Shown here piece by piece: positions 22,843 through 33,032 of a stretch of 64,000 bases of DNA. The translations under genes were made by a program, and so were the position numbers. The stretch's first letter is position 1, and every line of letters starts with the position of its first letter. Below the pieces are notes generated by a model, which did no database searches, had not been told where the DNA came from, and was given only the letters and a program-made list of their open reading frames with translations. The DNA comes from Parachlamydiales bacterium. GTDB taxonomy: Bacteria; Chlamydiota; Chlamydiia; Chlamydiales; SM23-39. Location of the stretch: the NCBI GenBank assembly GCA_015661075.1, contig JACVQJ010000004.1, positions 32,194-96,193 on the forward strand, read 5' to 3'.

Positions 22843-23865
22843 ATGATGTCGCCCTCTCTTTTCCAGCGATTCAAAGCCAAGTTTTTTTTGCCTTTGGCCA
22901 TTGTTGCCATCGTTGGTTATTGCGTTTGGCTGATCATCACCACGCTGAACCCGCACCTGCCGCAGCTGGACGAAGAGCCGCGCCTCTACTCCAACCAGTG
23001 CCGCCAGAACCTGCGCTACATCTATGTCGACGCCATTCAAAAGGCAAAACACTCCATCCATCTCGTGATGTTTGGCCTGAGCGACCCATCGATCCTCAGC
23101 GCCCTGGCCCATCGCATTCATGAAGAGGTCCCGACAGTCATTTATTACGACGCCGCAGAATCATCGCGCGTCCGCAACAAACTATCCCACGCCACGCTGC
23201 ATCCCGTGCAGCTCGGCGGCCTGATGCATCAAAAGATCCTCATCCTGGACAATGATCTCATCTTCATCGGATCCGCCAACATGACTACCTCGTCTCTGAT
23301 GATGCACGACAACCTGGTCGTCGGACTGCGCAGCCGCAAAGTTGCAGATTTTCTGATGAGCCGCATCCCCTATTCTTCGGGATATCTTCGGACAATGGTG
23401 GGCGGGCAGGATATCGAGCTGTGGCTACTGCCCGATTCTCGCGGGACGGCTCTGACCGACCTGCGCCGGCAAATCCGTAAAGCCGGCCGCTCGATCAAGA
23501 TTGCCCTTTTTACTTTGACTCATCCCAATTTATGCGATGAAATCATCGCGGCCAAAGAGCGCGGCGTCGATGTCACGATTGTCGTCGATATGCATAGCGG
23601 CCTCGGAGCGAGCGCCAAAGCCATCGATCAGCTCCGGCAAAATAATGTCAAAATTCTGTACAGCCAGGGCGTTCAGCTGCTTCATCACAAATTCGTATGG
23701 ATTGACGGAGAGACCCTGATCTGCGGGTCGGCCAACTGGACTAAAGCGGCATTTAATAAAAACAGCGATTGCATCCTCGCGCTGCATCACCTGACCGACG
23801 AGCAGCGCGACTTTATGAAAACGCTCTGGCACCGCATCGAAGCGGAAGCCGGAGCGATGCATTAA
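22843..23865 (+). CDS. Phospholipase D family protein
   Basis: Two HKD-type motifs (HQKILILD, HHKFVWID) each followed by GSAN. Confidence 0.9.
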   Translation: MMSPSLFQRFKAKFFLPLAIVAIVGYCVWLIITTLNPHLPQLDEEPRLYSNQCRQNLRYIYVDAIQKAKHSIHLVMFGLSDPSILSALAHRIHEEVPTVIYYDAAESSRVRNKLSHATLHPVQLGGLMHQKILILDNDLIFIGSANMTTSSLMMHDNLVVGLRSRKVADFLMSRIPYSSGYLRTMVGGQDIELWLLPDSRGTALTDLRRQIRKAGRSIKIALFTLTHPNLCDEIIAAKERGVDVTIVVDMHSGLGASAKAIDQLRQNNVKILYSQGVQLLHHKFVWIDGETLICGSANWTKAAFNKNSDCILALHHLTDEQRDFMKTLWHRIEAEAGAMH

Positions 23866-24896
23866 AAGAATAGAGTCACATCAAACGTCAATCCCTGCGA
23901 TCCCAAATCCTCTGACAAACGAGTGCCATAGGGAGGCTGGATCAGGCTGTTTTCGAAGCGCACCAGCTGATTCTGCCGCCACCAATAGCTATTCTCATAG
24001 GCTAACAAGAGGCTAATGTGATTGTTGTCTTCGGCGAAATTCATCTCCCAGCAAAGCCCCACAAGAGACTGAACCGAAGGAACGATGCGATGGATATCCG
24101 CGCCGACATGCGTCACAGTCGATGTTGAATTGTCGCGCATGGAAACCTGGCACTCGCCATACAGAGCCGATGTGGATGCGTTGAACACCAGATTCCAGTA
24201 TCGATGGAAGAACCACTTCGTATCCATCCCGATGCGAAGCCCGCCTCCCGTAAAATTATTCTGAAACCGGTTATACACGGAATTCCCGCTGGACGAAGCG
24301 ATCATTTTCTGATGGATCCATGCGGCCTGGGCGCCAAAGTGCGGCCGTAAATAAAAAGAACGGCTCACGAAATAGCTCGATCCCATTTCTAAATTCAACA
24401 CCGAGTATTTTAATATGGCGCTAACGCCTCCATTCGCCCCATTGACACCGAAGGGAGACACGAACTCCAGCTCTCCGCCGGCCGGCGCATGCTCTTCATC
24501 ATCGCCATCGCTCTTCATGTGGGTGTAGTTGGCCGTCATATCCCACTGATCGGAAAATCCGCAACTCAACCCCAGCCGATATCCTGTTTCCCATTCGAAA
24601 TACAGCTTTTCCATAGAGCCATCGACACCGGGCAAGATTGTCGAGTTCTTCACAGTGTAGTCATTGCCGCCCTCGTAAAATCTCCAGTACAGCACATCGC
24701 CAAAGACTGACAGATTATAGCCGCACGTGACGGGCCGCCCCGACGCAAAACGCGCACCGCTGCGACAGGCATAGACAGACTCGCCGCGCACTTTTTGCAT
24801 TTTACATTCCAAAAGATTGACTCTTTCTTCGTAATTCGAATCAGCGAGCAGTGAAGCCGCCGACAGTGTAAGTGCGATCAACGGAAAAATGCGCAT
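23862..24896 (-). CDS. Lpg1974/MOMP-like outer membrane porin
   Basis: Signal peptide, GYRLGL, YENSYWWRQNQ, terminal F; paralog of the next two genes. Confidence 0.8.
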   Translation of the reverse strand: MRIFPLIALTLSAASLLADSNYEERVNLLECKMQKVRGESVYACRSGARFASGRPVTCGYNLSVFGDVLYWRFYEGGNDYTVKNSTILPGVDGSMEKLYFEWETGYRLGLSCGFSDQWDMTANYTHMKSDGDDEEHAPAGGELEFVSPFGVNGANGGVSAILKYSVLNLEMGSSYFVSRSFYLRPHFGAQAAWIHQKMIASSSGNSVYNRFQNNFTGGGLRIGMDTKWFFHRYWNLVFNASTSALYGECQVSMRDNSTSTVTHVGADIHRIVPSVQSLVGLCWEMNFAEDNNHISLLLAYENSYWWRQNQLVRFENSLIQPPYGTRLSEDLGSQGLTFDVTLFF

Positions 24897-25009
24897 ATGG
24901 TTGCCTCAAATCAAATCGCCCTCATTCATAGCGAAAACGGTTTTTTTTCTAAACTTTAATTTTGAATTCCGCTATGAACATTGTTTCGTTCTAATCATCG
25001 AGGATCAAA

Positions 25010-26122
25010 ATGACTCGTTCGTCTTTGCTACTTTTCTCACTATGCGCAGCATCGGGGCTGTTCGCCCAGGATTCAGAAGTCGCGATGCTGAAAACAGCGC
25101 CCTGCGATGCTTCATCCGACTCGCGGATGCCGAAAGACCGCGTCTCGATCCTTGAATCGCAGATGAAAGAGGTGCTCGTCGGCTCCCAGCTCGGCGACTT
25201 TGGCGCCAAAGCCGCATCCGCCCGCCCCCAAATCTGCAGCAACCGGCTGTTTTTCAAAGTGGATACGTTCATCTGGAAAGCCTTTTTCGGCGGCAGCGAT
25301 TACGCGGTGACAGATACAACGATTGTCTCGAACATTATGACAGGCAACGTCAAGAGAGCCGATTTTCGTTGGCGATGGGGTTTCCGCACCGAAGCGGGAT
25401 ACCATTTGCCGCATGACCTCTGGGATGTGGTGGCATCCTACACCTGGTTTCATGACAAAGCGGATCATTCCGTGTCCAGCAAGGCGGGCGGAACGATCGT
25501 GCCCCTGATCGCTCCATTCGCCAACTTTGCCGTCGATGCTACCGCTAGCATCCGCTGGATTTTGCACTATCAGAATTTTGATCTCGCTCTGCGCCGCCCT
25601 TACTTTTTGAGCCGCCATTTTTCGGTCGCTCCCTTTTTCGGCATGCGCAATACCTGGATCAACCACAACTACACGACCCATTTTACGAATCCTCAAGGCG
25701 AGACTCTTCCGAACGACGTCATCGCCCACCAGGATTTTTGGGGAATCGGCCCTGTAGCTGGCATGAATTCAGAGTGGCATATGACCTGCCATTGGTGGAT
25801 CTTCGGCTCTCTCGCCGGCGCTGTTTTGGCATCGGACTACGACATTCGCAGCCAAATGATCCGCACCGGGACTGCCCCCATCGACCTGGATGCCGACACG
25901 AAGAGAATGTCGCCGACTGTGCAAGGGTCTCTCGGATGCGGCTGGCATATGAATTTCAACCGCGCCCGCAATCATGTGGCTCTGCGCCTTTTGTATGAAG
26001 GCCAGTATTGGTGGAAGCAGAATCTGACCATCAATTACACGGCCACAACTTACCAGTTCACTCGCTTGGGCGAGGATCTCGGCATGCATGGATTTACCTT
26101 TGATATGCTGTTTGATTTTTAA
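25010..26122 (+). CDS. Lpg1974/MOMP-like outer membrane porin
   Basis: WGFRTEAGY, YEGQYWWKQN, GEDLGMHGFTFDMLFDF. Confidence 0.8.
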   Translation: MTRSSLLLFSLCAASGLFAQDSEVAMLKTAPCDASSDSRMPKDRVSILESQMKEVLVGSQLGDFGAKAASARPQICSNRLFFKVDTFIWKAFFGGSDYAVTDTTIVSNIMTGNVKRADFRWRWGFRTEAGYHLPHDLWDVVASYTWFHDKADHSVSSKAGGTIVPLIAPFANFAVDATASIRWILHYQNFDLALRRPYFLSRHFSVAPFFGMRNTWINHNYTTHFTNPQGETLPNDVIAHQDFWGIGPVAGMNSEWHMTCHWWIFGSLAGAVLASDYDIRSQMIRTGTAPIDLDADTKRMSPTVQGSLGCGWHMNFNRARNHVALRLLYEGQYWWKQNLTINYTATTYQFTRLGEDLGMHGFTFDMLFDF

Positions 26123-26134
26123 GAGGACTTACTC

Positions 26135-27181
26135 ATGAAACTTACCCCATTTATAATACTTGCCGCCAGTAATGTGATCGCAGCAAACTCGCTCGATCAG
26201 CGCATCGCAGATCTCGAACAGCAGATGACCGAGGTCAGAACAAATACTGTTTTCGGAAACGCCGGCGCCAGGACGGTATCCGCCCTACCTGCCATCAACA
26301 GCTATGGGCTTTTTCTCTCCATGGAAATGCTCTATTGGATGCCCTTTATCGGCGGAACAGAATTTGCCTATTTCGACGATACCTTCCCCGTCGCAAGTCC
26401 GTTCAATGGCAATATTGTCGAATTCAATTTCGACTGGCAGTTTGGCGTGCGCACCGCGCTCGGCTATCAATTCACCAATCCCGACTGGGCCATTATCGCC
26501 GAATACACCCACGTCAAGTTTCATGATACCGAACACGCTTCCCATCCCCGCGGAGGTCTTTCGGCTTCCGGATTGCCAGGAGTCGTTAACGAAACATCCG
26601 CCGAAGCGAGCTGGACTTGTTCGTTCAATGTGTTCGATTTCGATCTGACTCGCGCCTACTTTTTAAGGCCCCGCTTTTCCGTATCGCCTTTACTCGGCAT
26701 CCGCACAGCCTGGATTCAGCAGCGCGACCATGCTCAATATTTCAACGCATCCACCAGCGTCAGCAATCTGCTCAAATATGTGAACGAAACGGCCGGCGCC
26801 GGCCTGTTGGGCGGCACGGGACTGCGATGGCACTGGTCGAGCCAGTGGAGCTTGGCGAGCCATATCGCCGGATCCCTCATTTATGGAAAATTCAAAGTCT
26901 CAGCCAAAGCCGAGAATTATCTGACTACACCCGCAGAGCCCCTCCATGTGAAGGCCGACACGTATAAATTCTTGCCCAACATGAGTATCGATACTGCTTT
27001 GCAATGGGAAAAAGCCTGGTGCGCCCTACGGCTTACGCTCGCTGCGGGATATGAATTCCAGTACTGGTGGCGGCAAAACCAACGCCTGCATTTTGATACA
27101 GGCACGGCCTATTCCTGGACTCGTTATGCCGAGGATCTTGGTTTTCAAGGCGTTAAGTTTAGAGCTGCCCTCGATTTTTAA
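26135..27181 (+). CDS. Lpg1974/MOMP-like outer membrane porin
   Basis: FDWQFGVRTALGY, GYEFQYWWRQNQ, EDLGFQG...LDF. Confidence 0.8.
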   Translation: MKLTPFIILAASNVIAANSLDQRIADLEQQMTEVRTNTVFGNAGARTVSALPAINSYGLFLSMEMLYWMPFIGGTEFAYFDDTFPVASPFNGNIVEFNFDWQFGVRTALGYQFTNPDWAIIAEYTHVKFHDTEHASHPRGGLSASGLPGVVNETSAEASWTCSFNVFDFDLTRAYFLRPRFSVSPLLGIRTAWIQQRDHAQYFNASTSVSNLLKYVNETAGAGLLGGTGLRWHWSSQWSLASHIAGSLIYGKFKVSAKAENYLTTPAEPLHVKADTYKFLPNMSIDTALQWEKAWCALRLTLAAGYEFQYWWRQNQRLHFDTGTAYSWTRYAEDLGFQGVKFRAALDF

Positions 27182-27184
27182 AGG

Positions 27185-27790
27185 ATGATCATGTCACTGC
27201 TTTCAATCGCCTTTTCACTGTTTATGCTCATGGATTCGATCGGAAACATTCCATTATACATCAGCTTTTTAAAGGGCGTCGATCCGAAGCGCCAGCGCTA
27301 TGTCATCGCCCGGGAAATGCTCATTGCGCTCCTGATTATCATCCTGTTCAACTTCATCGGCAGCGGGCTGATGAATTTTCTCAATGTGACCCATGACACA
27401 ATCCAGATTGCGGGCGGGGTCATATTATTTATCATCTGTCTGAAAATGGTCTTTCCTCCCCCGCACGATCTCAGCGAATCCATTCCCCGCGATACCGAGC
27501 CGCTGATTGTGCCCCTAGCGGTTCCCCTGATTGCCGGTCCTGCTGTTTTGGCCGCTGTCATCATCTATAGCCATGAGGCCCCGGTTCTGACAGTCATCGG
27601 AGCGATTTTCATCGCATGGGCCGCCTCGCTTCTCATTCTTCTCAGCTCATCGATTCTCAAAAATCTCCTTGGCTGGCGCGGGATCATGGCGATGGAGCGG
27701 CTGATGGGTCTCGTGATGATCCTGATCGCCGTGCAAATGTTCCTGACGGGGATTAGTTCCTTTGTGCATAAGCAGCACTTAGGTATATAA
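27185..27790 (+). CDS. MarC family membrane protein
   Basis: MDSIGNIP, VPLAVPLIAGPA, ERLMGL motifs. Confidence 0.9.
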   Translation: MIMSLLSIAFSLFMLMDSIGNIPLYISFLKGVDPKRQRYVIAREMLIALLIIILFNFIGSGLMNFLNVTHDTIQIAGGVILFIICLKMVFPPPHDLSESIPRDTEPLIVPLAVPLIAGPAVLAAVIIYSHEAPVLTVIGAIFIAWAASLLILLSSSILKNLLGWRGIMAMERLMGLVMILIAVQMFLTGISSFVHKQHLGI

Positions 27791-27801
27791 TCCTAAGTTG
27801 C

Positions 27802-28578
27802 ATGGCAAACTATCAATTGATTATTTCCTATGATGGGACCCGTTTTTTCGGCTGGCAAAAAACTTCCACGGGCCCCAGCATCGAAGAAGCGCTGGAAACA
27901 GCGATCCAAACAATATTGGGCGAAAAAGTCCAGCTGGAAGCGGCGAGCCGCACCGATCGCGGCGTGCATGCGTTTGGACAGGTGGTCCATTTTCATACGA
28001 ATCGCGATATCAATCCCTACCGCTTCAAGCGCGGCATGAAAGCCGTTTTACCTTCGGAAATTGCCGTTATTTCCGTTCAGTTGGCCCCCCCCGATTTTCA
28101 TCCCACGCTCGACGCTCAAGCGAAGGAATACCACTACTGGATCTGCAATACTCCGACGCCATCGCCGATGCACCGCCTCTACTCCTGGCACATCCACGAG
28201 CCTCTCGATCTCGATCATATGCGCACGGCCGCTTGCTCTTTCATTGGCCAGCGTGATTTTTCCGCTTTTTCCAATGAGCGCACTGATGACGCCATCCGCT
28301 CAGTTCAAAAAATCGATATTATCTCTACCCACGATCGCCGCGTGAGGATAGAGCTGCGCGGGGATCGTTTTTTATACAAAATGGCGCGCAATATCGCAGG
28401 AACACTTGTCCAGGTCGGTCAGGGCAAGATTTCTCCCCATGAGATAAAGGGTATCCTGGAGTCGAAAGATCGCAAACTGGCGGGCATGACGGCGCCGGCC
28501 AAAGGCCTTTTTCTCATGGAAGTCTTTTATAATACAGCCATTTCTTCTAAAATGGATGCCTATGATAACACGCAATGA
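27802..28578 (+). CDS. truA: tRNA pseudouridine(38-40) synthase
   Basis: ISYDGTRFFGWQ, ASRTDRGVHA, FLYKMARNIAG. Confidence 0.95.
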   Translation: MANYQLIISYDGTRFFGWQKTSTGPSIEEALETAIQTILGEKVQLEAASRTDRGVHAFGQVVHFHTNRDINPYRFKRGMKAVLPSEIAVISVQLAPPDFHPTLDAQAKEYHYWICNTPTPSPMHRLYSWHIHEPLDLDHMRTAACSFIGQRDFSAFSNERTDDAIRSVQKIDIISTHDRRVRIELRGDRFLYKMARNIAGTLVQVGQGKISPHEIKGILESKDRKLAGMTAPAKGLFLMEVFYNTAISSKMDAYDNTQ

Positions 28579-29437
28579 TCTTTGCTGGTGCGGCAGCGGG
28601 AAAAAGTGGAAAAAATGCCATTATCCCCAGATGCCCTCGCAATCACAAAATGCACTGGCTCGGCAATATCACAAACAATATGGCATCTTGCTGAAAAGTC
28701 CGGAGCAAATTGAAAAAATCCGCATTGCCTGTCAAGTAACTGCAAAAATTCTGGATGCCCTCTGCCGCCATGCCAAGGCCGGCATAACCACCTTGGAACT
28801 CGATGAACTATCGAGAAAACTGCATCAAGAATACCATGCGATCCCCGCTCCGCTGGGCTATGGCGAGCCGCCGTTCCCCAAAACGATCTGCACATCGCTC
28901 AATGAAGTGATCTGCCACGGCATCCCCGATGAGCGGCCCCTGCAAGACGGCGACATTTTGAACATCGACGTTTCGAGCATCGTCGATGGTTTTTTCGGCG
29001 ACTGCAGCCGGATGGTTGCGATCGGAAAAATCTCGCCAGACAAACAAAAAGTGATTGATGTTTCTCTGGAATGCCTCACTCGCGCGATCGCCATCTGCCG
29101 GCCCGGCGCATTCATCTGGCAGATTGGTCAAACGATCGAAGACTACGCTACAGAGCACGGCTGCAGCGTCGTTAATCAGTTTGTCGGCCATGGCGTCGGC
29201 ATCGCCTTTCATGAACCTCCCGAAGTCCCCCACCACTACAATCAGCTTGGCATCGAAATGGCGCCAGGCATGACGTTTACCATCGAGCCAATGATCAACG
29301 CAGGCGTCAGGGAAGGATGGATCGACGAAACGGATCACTGGACCGTGCGGACCAAAGACGGCCAGCCCAGCGCCCAATGGGAACATACGCTGTGCATCAC
29401 GGAAAAAGGCTGCGACATTTTGACGGTATTAAAATAG
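28556..29437 (+). CDS. map: Methionine aminopeptidase with N-terminal SEC-C motif
   Basis: CWCGSGKKWKKCH; ICHGIP, GHGVG, TIEPMIN, SAQWEHT. Confidence 0.95.
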   Translation: MPMITRNDLCWCGSGKKWKKCHYPQMPSQSQNALARQYHKQYGILLKSPEQIEKIRIACQVTAKILDALCRHAKAGITTLELDELSRKLHQEYHAIPAPLGYGEPPFPKTICTSLNEVICHGIPDERPLQDGDILNIDVSSIVDGFFGDCSRMVAIGKISPDKQKVIDVSLECLTRAIAICRPGAFIWQIGQTIEDYATEHGCSVVNQFVGHGVGIAFHEPPEVPHHYNQLGIEMAPGMTFTIEPMINAGVREGWIDETDHWTVRTKDGQPSAQWEHTLCITEKGCDILTVLK

Positions 29438-30781
29438 CGCTTTTTGCTCAGCTTCCACTTTCTTGCTGCTTTTCTTCTTCTTTTTCTTCTTCTTTTTAGC
29501 CGGGGGCGGCACAGCCGGGCCTTCTTGTTGTTTGATTTTAGACAGGCGCTCGATAATCTTCGCAGGACTTTTTGAAGGGCTGTCTACCGACAATGAGCCA
29601 ACAAGTTCGACGAGTTCCTTATTTTCTTTTTCCAGAGCTTCCAGCTCTTCTCCCAGCTGGGAGATTTGTTGAGACAAAACCTCTTCCACCGGAGATGGAT
29701 TCTCCCGTTCGATTTTAATGGACTGCAAGGCCGTATCCGCGCGGAAGAGCTCAGCGCGGGTTTGGTGTAAAACCTGGTTTTTTTCCGCAAATTGCTTTTT
29801 CAGCTCCAGAAACTGCGCCTCTTTTTGACTCAATACCTTCACTTTTTCTTGCAACGCCATTAGTGCGGCATCGCGCTCAGTCACTTGCTGGGCCCAATGC
29901 TGGATCTCTCGCTCCAACTGGGCAGAAGATGGCTGAGCATTGGCGATTTCAGCCGATTTTCGCTTTTGTTCAGACATATCAAGTTGTGCGATGATGTCCA
30001 ATTTTTCGCGCTCGATCTTTGCGAGGCGCTCATTCAAGACGTTTTGCTGGGACAAAAGGTCATGCATCTGCTCTTGCAGGCGGTTCAAGTCGAATTCGCG
30101 CTCCGCAATCATTTCGCTAAATCGATGCGACTCTTCTTTCATCTGCTCAACCTGGCTCGACAAAATGCGAGATTGCTGATCTTTTTCGATCAGCTTCACC
30201 GCTATCTCTTCTCGTTCCTGATTGGACTGGGCGCTCGATTTTCTCAGCACATCATTGAGAATCTGAAATGCGGAAGCATCGGACTGGCTGTCTTCGAAAT
30301 CTTTTTGAATGGCAGCCAAACGATCCTGTAAAACAATCTGCTCATCGATTGCGTCCTGGCGCGCTTTCTCGAGATCTTCTTCCAGATTGCGTACGGTCAA
30401 TTTCGCACTGTCAATCTGGGTGAGCAGCATTTTTTCTTTTTTATCGATCATTTCGACGGCCAGCGCCGTCATGGCAAAGCCGATGGCCATGGATCCCTCG
30501 AGGGCCAATTGCCAAAGATGCCGATCGATAAAAAAAAGATGCTTGATCAAAACGCCCATGGCGAAAAAAATCAGAGAATAAACCAATCCCCTCATCCTTC
30601 CTCGCATGCACAAGACCATCCCCAGCATCGCGAATACGATCAAATCGCAATTGGCCGCGCGCTGCAAACCTACAACGGCCGAACAAAACACGGAAATCGG
30701 TCCTGCCATCAAAAAGATCGATAAATCCGACTCATCTTCTTTCCGATGCCAGACCATGCGCAACATTTGAAGGGCAGACAT
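29429..30781 (-). CDS. Membrane-anchored coiled-coil hypothetical protein
   Basis: N-terminal TM segments, long E/Q/K-rich coiled coil, Lys-rich tail. Confidence 0.65.
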   Translation of the reverse strand: MSALQMLRMVWHRKEDESDLSIFLMAGPISVFCSAVVGLQRAANCDLIVFAMLGMVLCMRGRMRGLVYSLIFFAMGVLIKHLFFIDRHLWQLALEGSMAIGFAMTALAVEMIDKKEKMLLTQIDSAKLTVRNLEEDLEKARQDAIDEQIVLQDRLAAIQKDFEDSQSDASAFQILNDVLRKSSAQSNQEREEIAVKLIEKDQQSRILSSQVEQMKEESHRFSEMIAEREFDLNRLQEQMHDLLSQQNVLNERLAKIEREKLDIIAQLDMSEQKRKSAEIANAQPSSAQLEREIQHWAQQVTERDAALMALQEKVKVLSQKEAQFLELKKQFAEKNQVLHQTRAELFRADTALQSIKIERENPSPVEEVLSQQISQLGEELEALEKENKELVELVGSLSVDSPSKSPAKIIERLSKIKQQEGPAVPPPAKKKKKKKKKSSKKVEAEQKALF

Positions 30782-30782
30782 G

Positions 30783-32141
30783 TTATTCCTCACCCAGATG
30801 AACAATAGTTCGAACGACAGTCATTATTCCCATTTTGAACCTTTCCAAGTCAAAATGTTCGTTGGGGGCGTGCACATTGTCGCTCGCAAGGCCATAGCCC
30901 ATGCCAACGACATTCGGATGCAAAGCGCTCATCAATTCCGACACAACCGGAATCGAGCCGCCCGACAAAATTTTCTGGCATGGCGCTTTCATCACTTCCT
31001 CATACGATGTTGAGACGGCTTTCGCCAGCCTGGAATCCGCTTGCCCCCGGTATGCCTTCCCACCATGGAGGATCTCGACGCTGATATGAATGCCTTTTTT
31101 AACTTGCCGGATCAAGTACTCCTTGACCAACTGACCGATCCGAAACGGATCCTGATTCGGGACCAATCGGCAGGAAATTTTGATCCGGGCCTCGCTGGGA
31201 ATCACCGTCTTCACACCCGGCCCCGCATATCCGCCGGCCAATCCATTGATCTCAAGCGTGGGGCGAAACCAGCACGATTCGATGGGCGAAAGACCCGCCT
31301 CGCCACTCAATGCTTCGATGCCCGCCTCCCGGATAAATTTCACATCGCCTTTGGAAAACAGGGCCTTTTCAGCCATGGATAATTCTGCCACCTCGTCATA
31401 GAAATGGGGAATCGCCACGCGGCCCTGTTCATCCCACAGACCACAAACCAATTCCGCCGCAGCGCGATTCGGATTATACGCAATCCCTCCGTACATTCCC
31501 GAATGAAGATCGATGTTCGATCCTCGCAAAACAGCTTCCAGAGTAATGAGACCTCGCGCGCCCAGATTGATCGCAGGCGTCTGGGCATCAATAATATCAA
31601 AATCGACAACCAGAAGATCATCGGTTTTTAACTTGTCTTTCAATTGGGGCAGCGCCTTCGAAAGACCGGTACTGCCGCTTTCTTCTTCGCCCTCGATGCA
31701 AAATTTGAGATTCACCGGCAATGTTTTGTGTGTCTCCATGAAAAAGCGAAGAGCCTGAATCGCAAAGAAAATCTGACCTTTATCATCCTGCGCTCCGCGG
31801 GCGTAGACCATCGATTTTTTTTCCACCGGCTCAAACGGATCCGTGTGCCACAGATTCGTCGGATCGATGGGCTGGACATCATAGTGGCCATAGATGAGTA
31901 ATGTCGGCGACCTCGGTCCTGCGCTCAGATTTTCGGCATAGACGAGCGGCAATCCCGGCGTAGGGATGACTTCAGATTGGCAGCCGGATTGCTGTAAATA
32001 ACGGCTGAGCCATTCAGCGCATTTTTGATGTTCCGCTTTCAGTGATGGATCGGAACTGATGGTTTTGAAACGCAAAAAAGTAAACAGATCAGCCTTGATC
32101 TGGGAAAAATGACGATCGATCCATGTGTGGAGCTCTTTCAT
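30783..32141 (-). CDS. M20 family dipeptidase (ArgE/DapE-like)
   Basis: YGHYDVQP, ARGAQDDKGQ, EGEEESGS, HAPNE. Confidence 0.92.
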   Translation of the reverse strand: MKELHTWIDRHFSQIKADLFTFLRFKTISSDPSLKAEHQKCAEWLSRYLQQSGCQSEVIPTPGLPLVYAENLSAGPRSPTLLIYGHYDVQPIDPTNLWHTDPFEPVEKKSMVYARGAQDDKGQIFFAIQALRFFMETHKTLPVNLKFCIEGEEESGSTGLSKALPQLKDKLKTDDLLVVDFDIIDAQTPAINLGARGLITLEAVLRGSNIDLHSGMYGGIAYNPNRAAAELVCGLWDEQGRVAIPHFYDEVAELSMAEKALFSKGDVKFIREAGIEALSGEAGLSPIESCWFRPTLEINGLAGGYAGPGVKTVIPSEARIKISCRLVPNQDPFRIGQLVKEYLIRQVKKGIHISVEILHGGKAYRGQADSRLAKAVSTSYEEVMKAPCQKILSGGSIPVVSELMSALHPNVVGMGYGLASDNVHAPNEHFDLERFKMGIMTVVRTIVHLGEE

Positions 32142-32182
32142 ACCTCGCAACTATAATAAAAGAAGTTGTTGGTGGCAATGGC

Positions 32183-32434
32183 TCAATGAGATTTTTCATT
32201 ACTGGCTCTACCGTCGAATACCTGCTGGGCATTATCGACGAGATAGGAAGCGAGAACTTCATCCCCATCATAAGACATTTCGACGTTCATCTTTCCATCG
32301 CTGGTCGGATCTGTGCAAGTGATGAGAACATAGCAGGCATTATTTTCTTTGAGCGCATTGCGGATCTGTTCAAGCGAATATTCTTTTTTTTCGTTGCCAG
32401 TTTTCTGCTCCAGTTTGACTACGGACTTCTTCAT
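32183..32434 (-). CDS. Small chlamydial hypothetical protein
   Basis: 83-aa ORF containing CYVLITC...EMSYDGD. Confidence 0.65.
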   Translation of the reverse strand: MKKSVVKLEQKTGNEKKEYSLEQIRNALKENNACYVLITCTDPTSDGKMNVEMSYDGDEVLASYLVDNAQQVFDGRASNEKSH

Positions 32435-32639
32435 CGCCGCCCTTTACTTATGGAAACGATTTTTCCATATTTTCGACTGAAATAAATGACAGAAAAATAG
32501 ATTTCGCGCAATTGAAAACGAAACCGTATATGAATCATTCTCGAGCTAAAGGCTGTAGAAAAAGCCCTTCCCGTTCATGAGGTGTTTTAAGCCTTTCCAA
32601 TGCCTCGATTCATTCACTTGCTCATTAAAATTTTTGGAA

Positions 32640-32841
32640 AACGCTGAGTTTAAAAGAACTGAGACGCCGAGGCGCTGAGGCCGCCTATGTTGAGCGAAGC
32701 TCTTCATGCGAAGCTGCGAAACTTTTAAGAAAGAAGAGCTTCGCATGCATGCATTTGCAAACATGGGCGGCTTGTATCCCTCACTCATATGCATTTTTTT
32801 TCTCAGCGTCTCGGCGTCTCAGTTCTTTTAAACTCAGCGTT
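32640..32841. repeat. 202-bp element bounded by 40-bp inverted repeats (MITE-like)
   Basis: 32640-32679 versus 32802-32841, one mismatch; GAGACGCCGAGGCGCTGAG internal periodicity. Confidence 0.8.
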
Positions 32842-32950
32842 ATTCTCTAATAACCACCGAAGAGAAAACCTGTTATGAAATACCGACCATGGCAAAAATT
32901 TACATACAGTTTGACACTTATGATTCAGGCATAAGATAATATATGTTTGC

Positions 32951-33018
32951 GAACGCACTGCTTGCCATAATCCCATCCCTTCAGGTGTGGGTCTGTGGGT
33001 CTAAGCAAGCTATTTTTA
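32951..33018 (+). repeat. Partial copy of the TTGAA palindromic repeat family
   Basis: GAACGCACTGCTTGCC...CAAGCTATTTT matches the first half of 50906-51034. Confidence 0.75.
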
Positions 33019-33032
33019 TTGGAGCTCTAAAT

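Noticed and set aside
32943..33032. N-terminal extension of HtpX (MFANALLAII...)
   Set aside because: Read-through of the repeat copy; a GGAG RBS supports the start at 33033.
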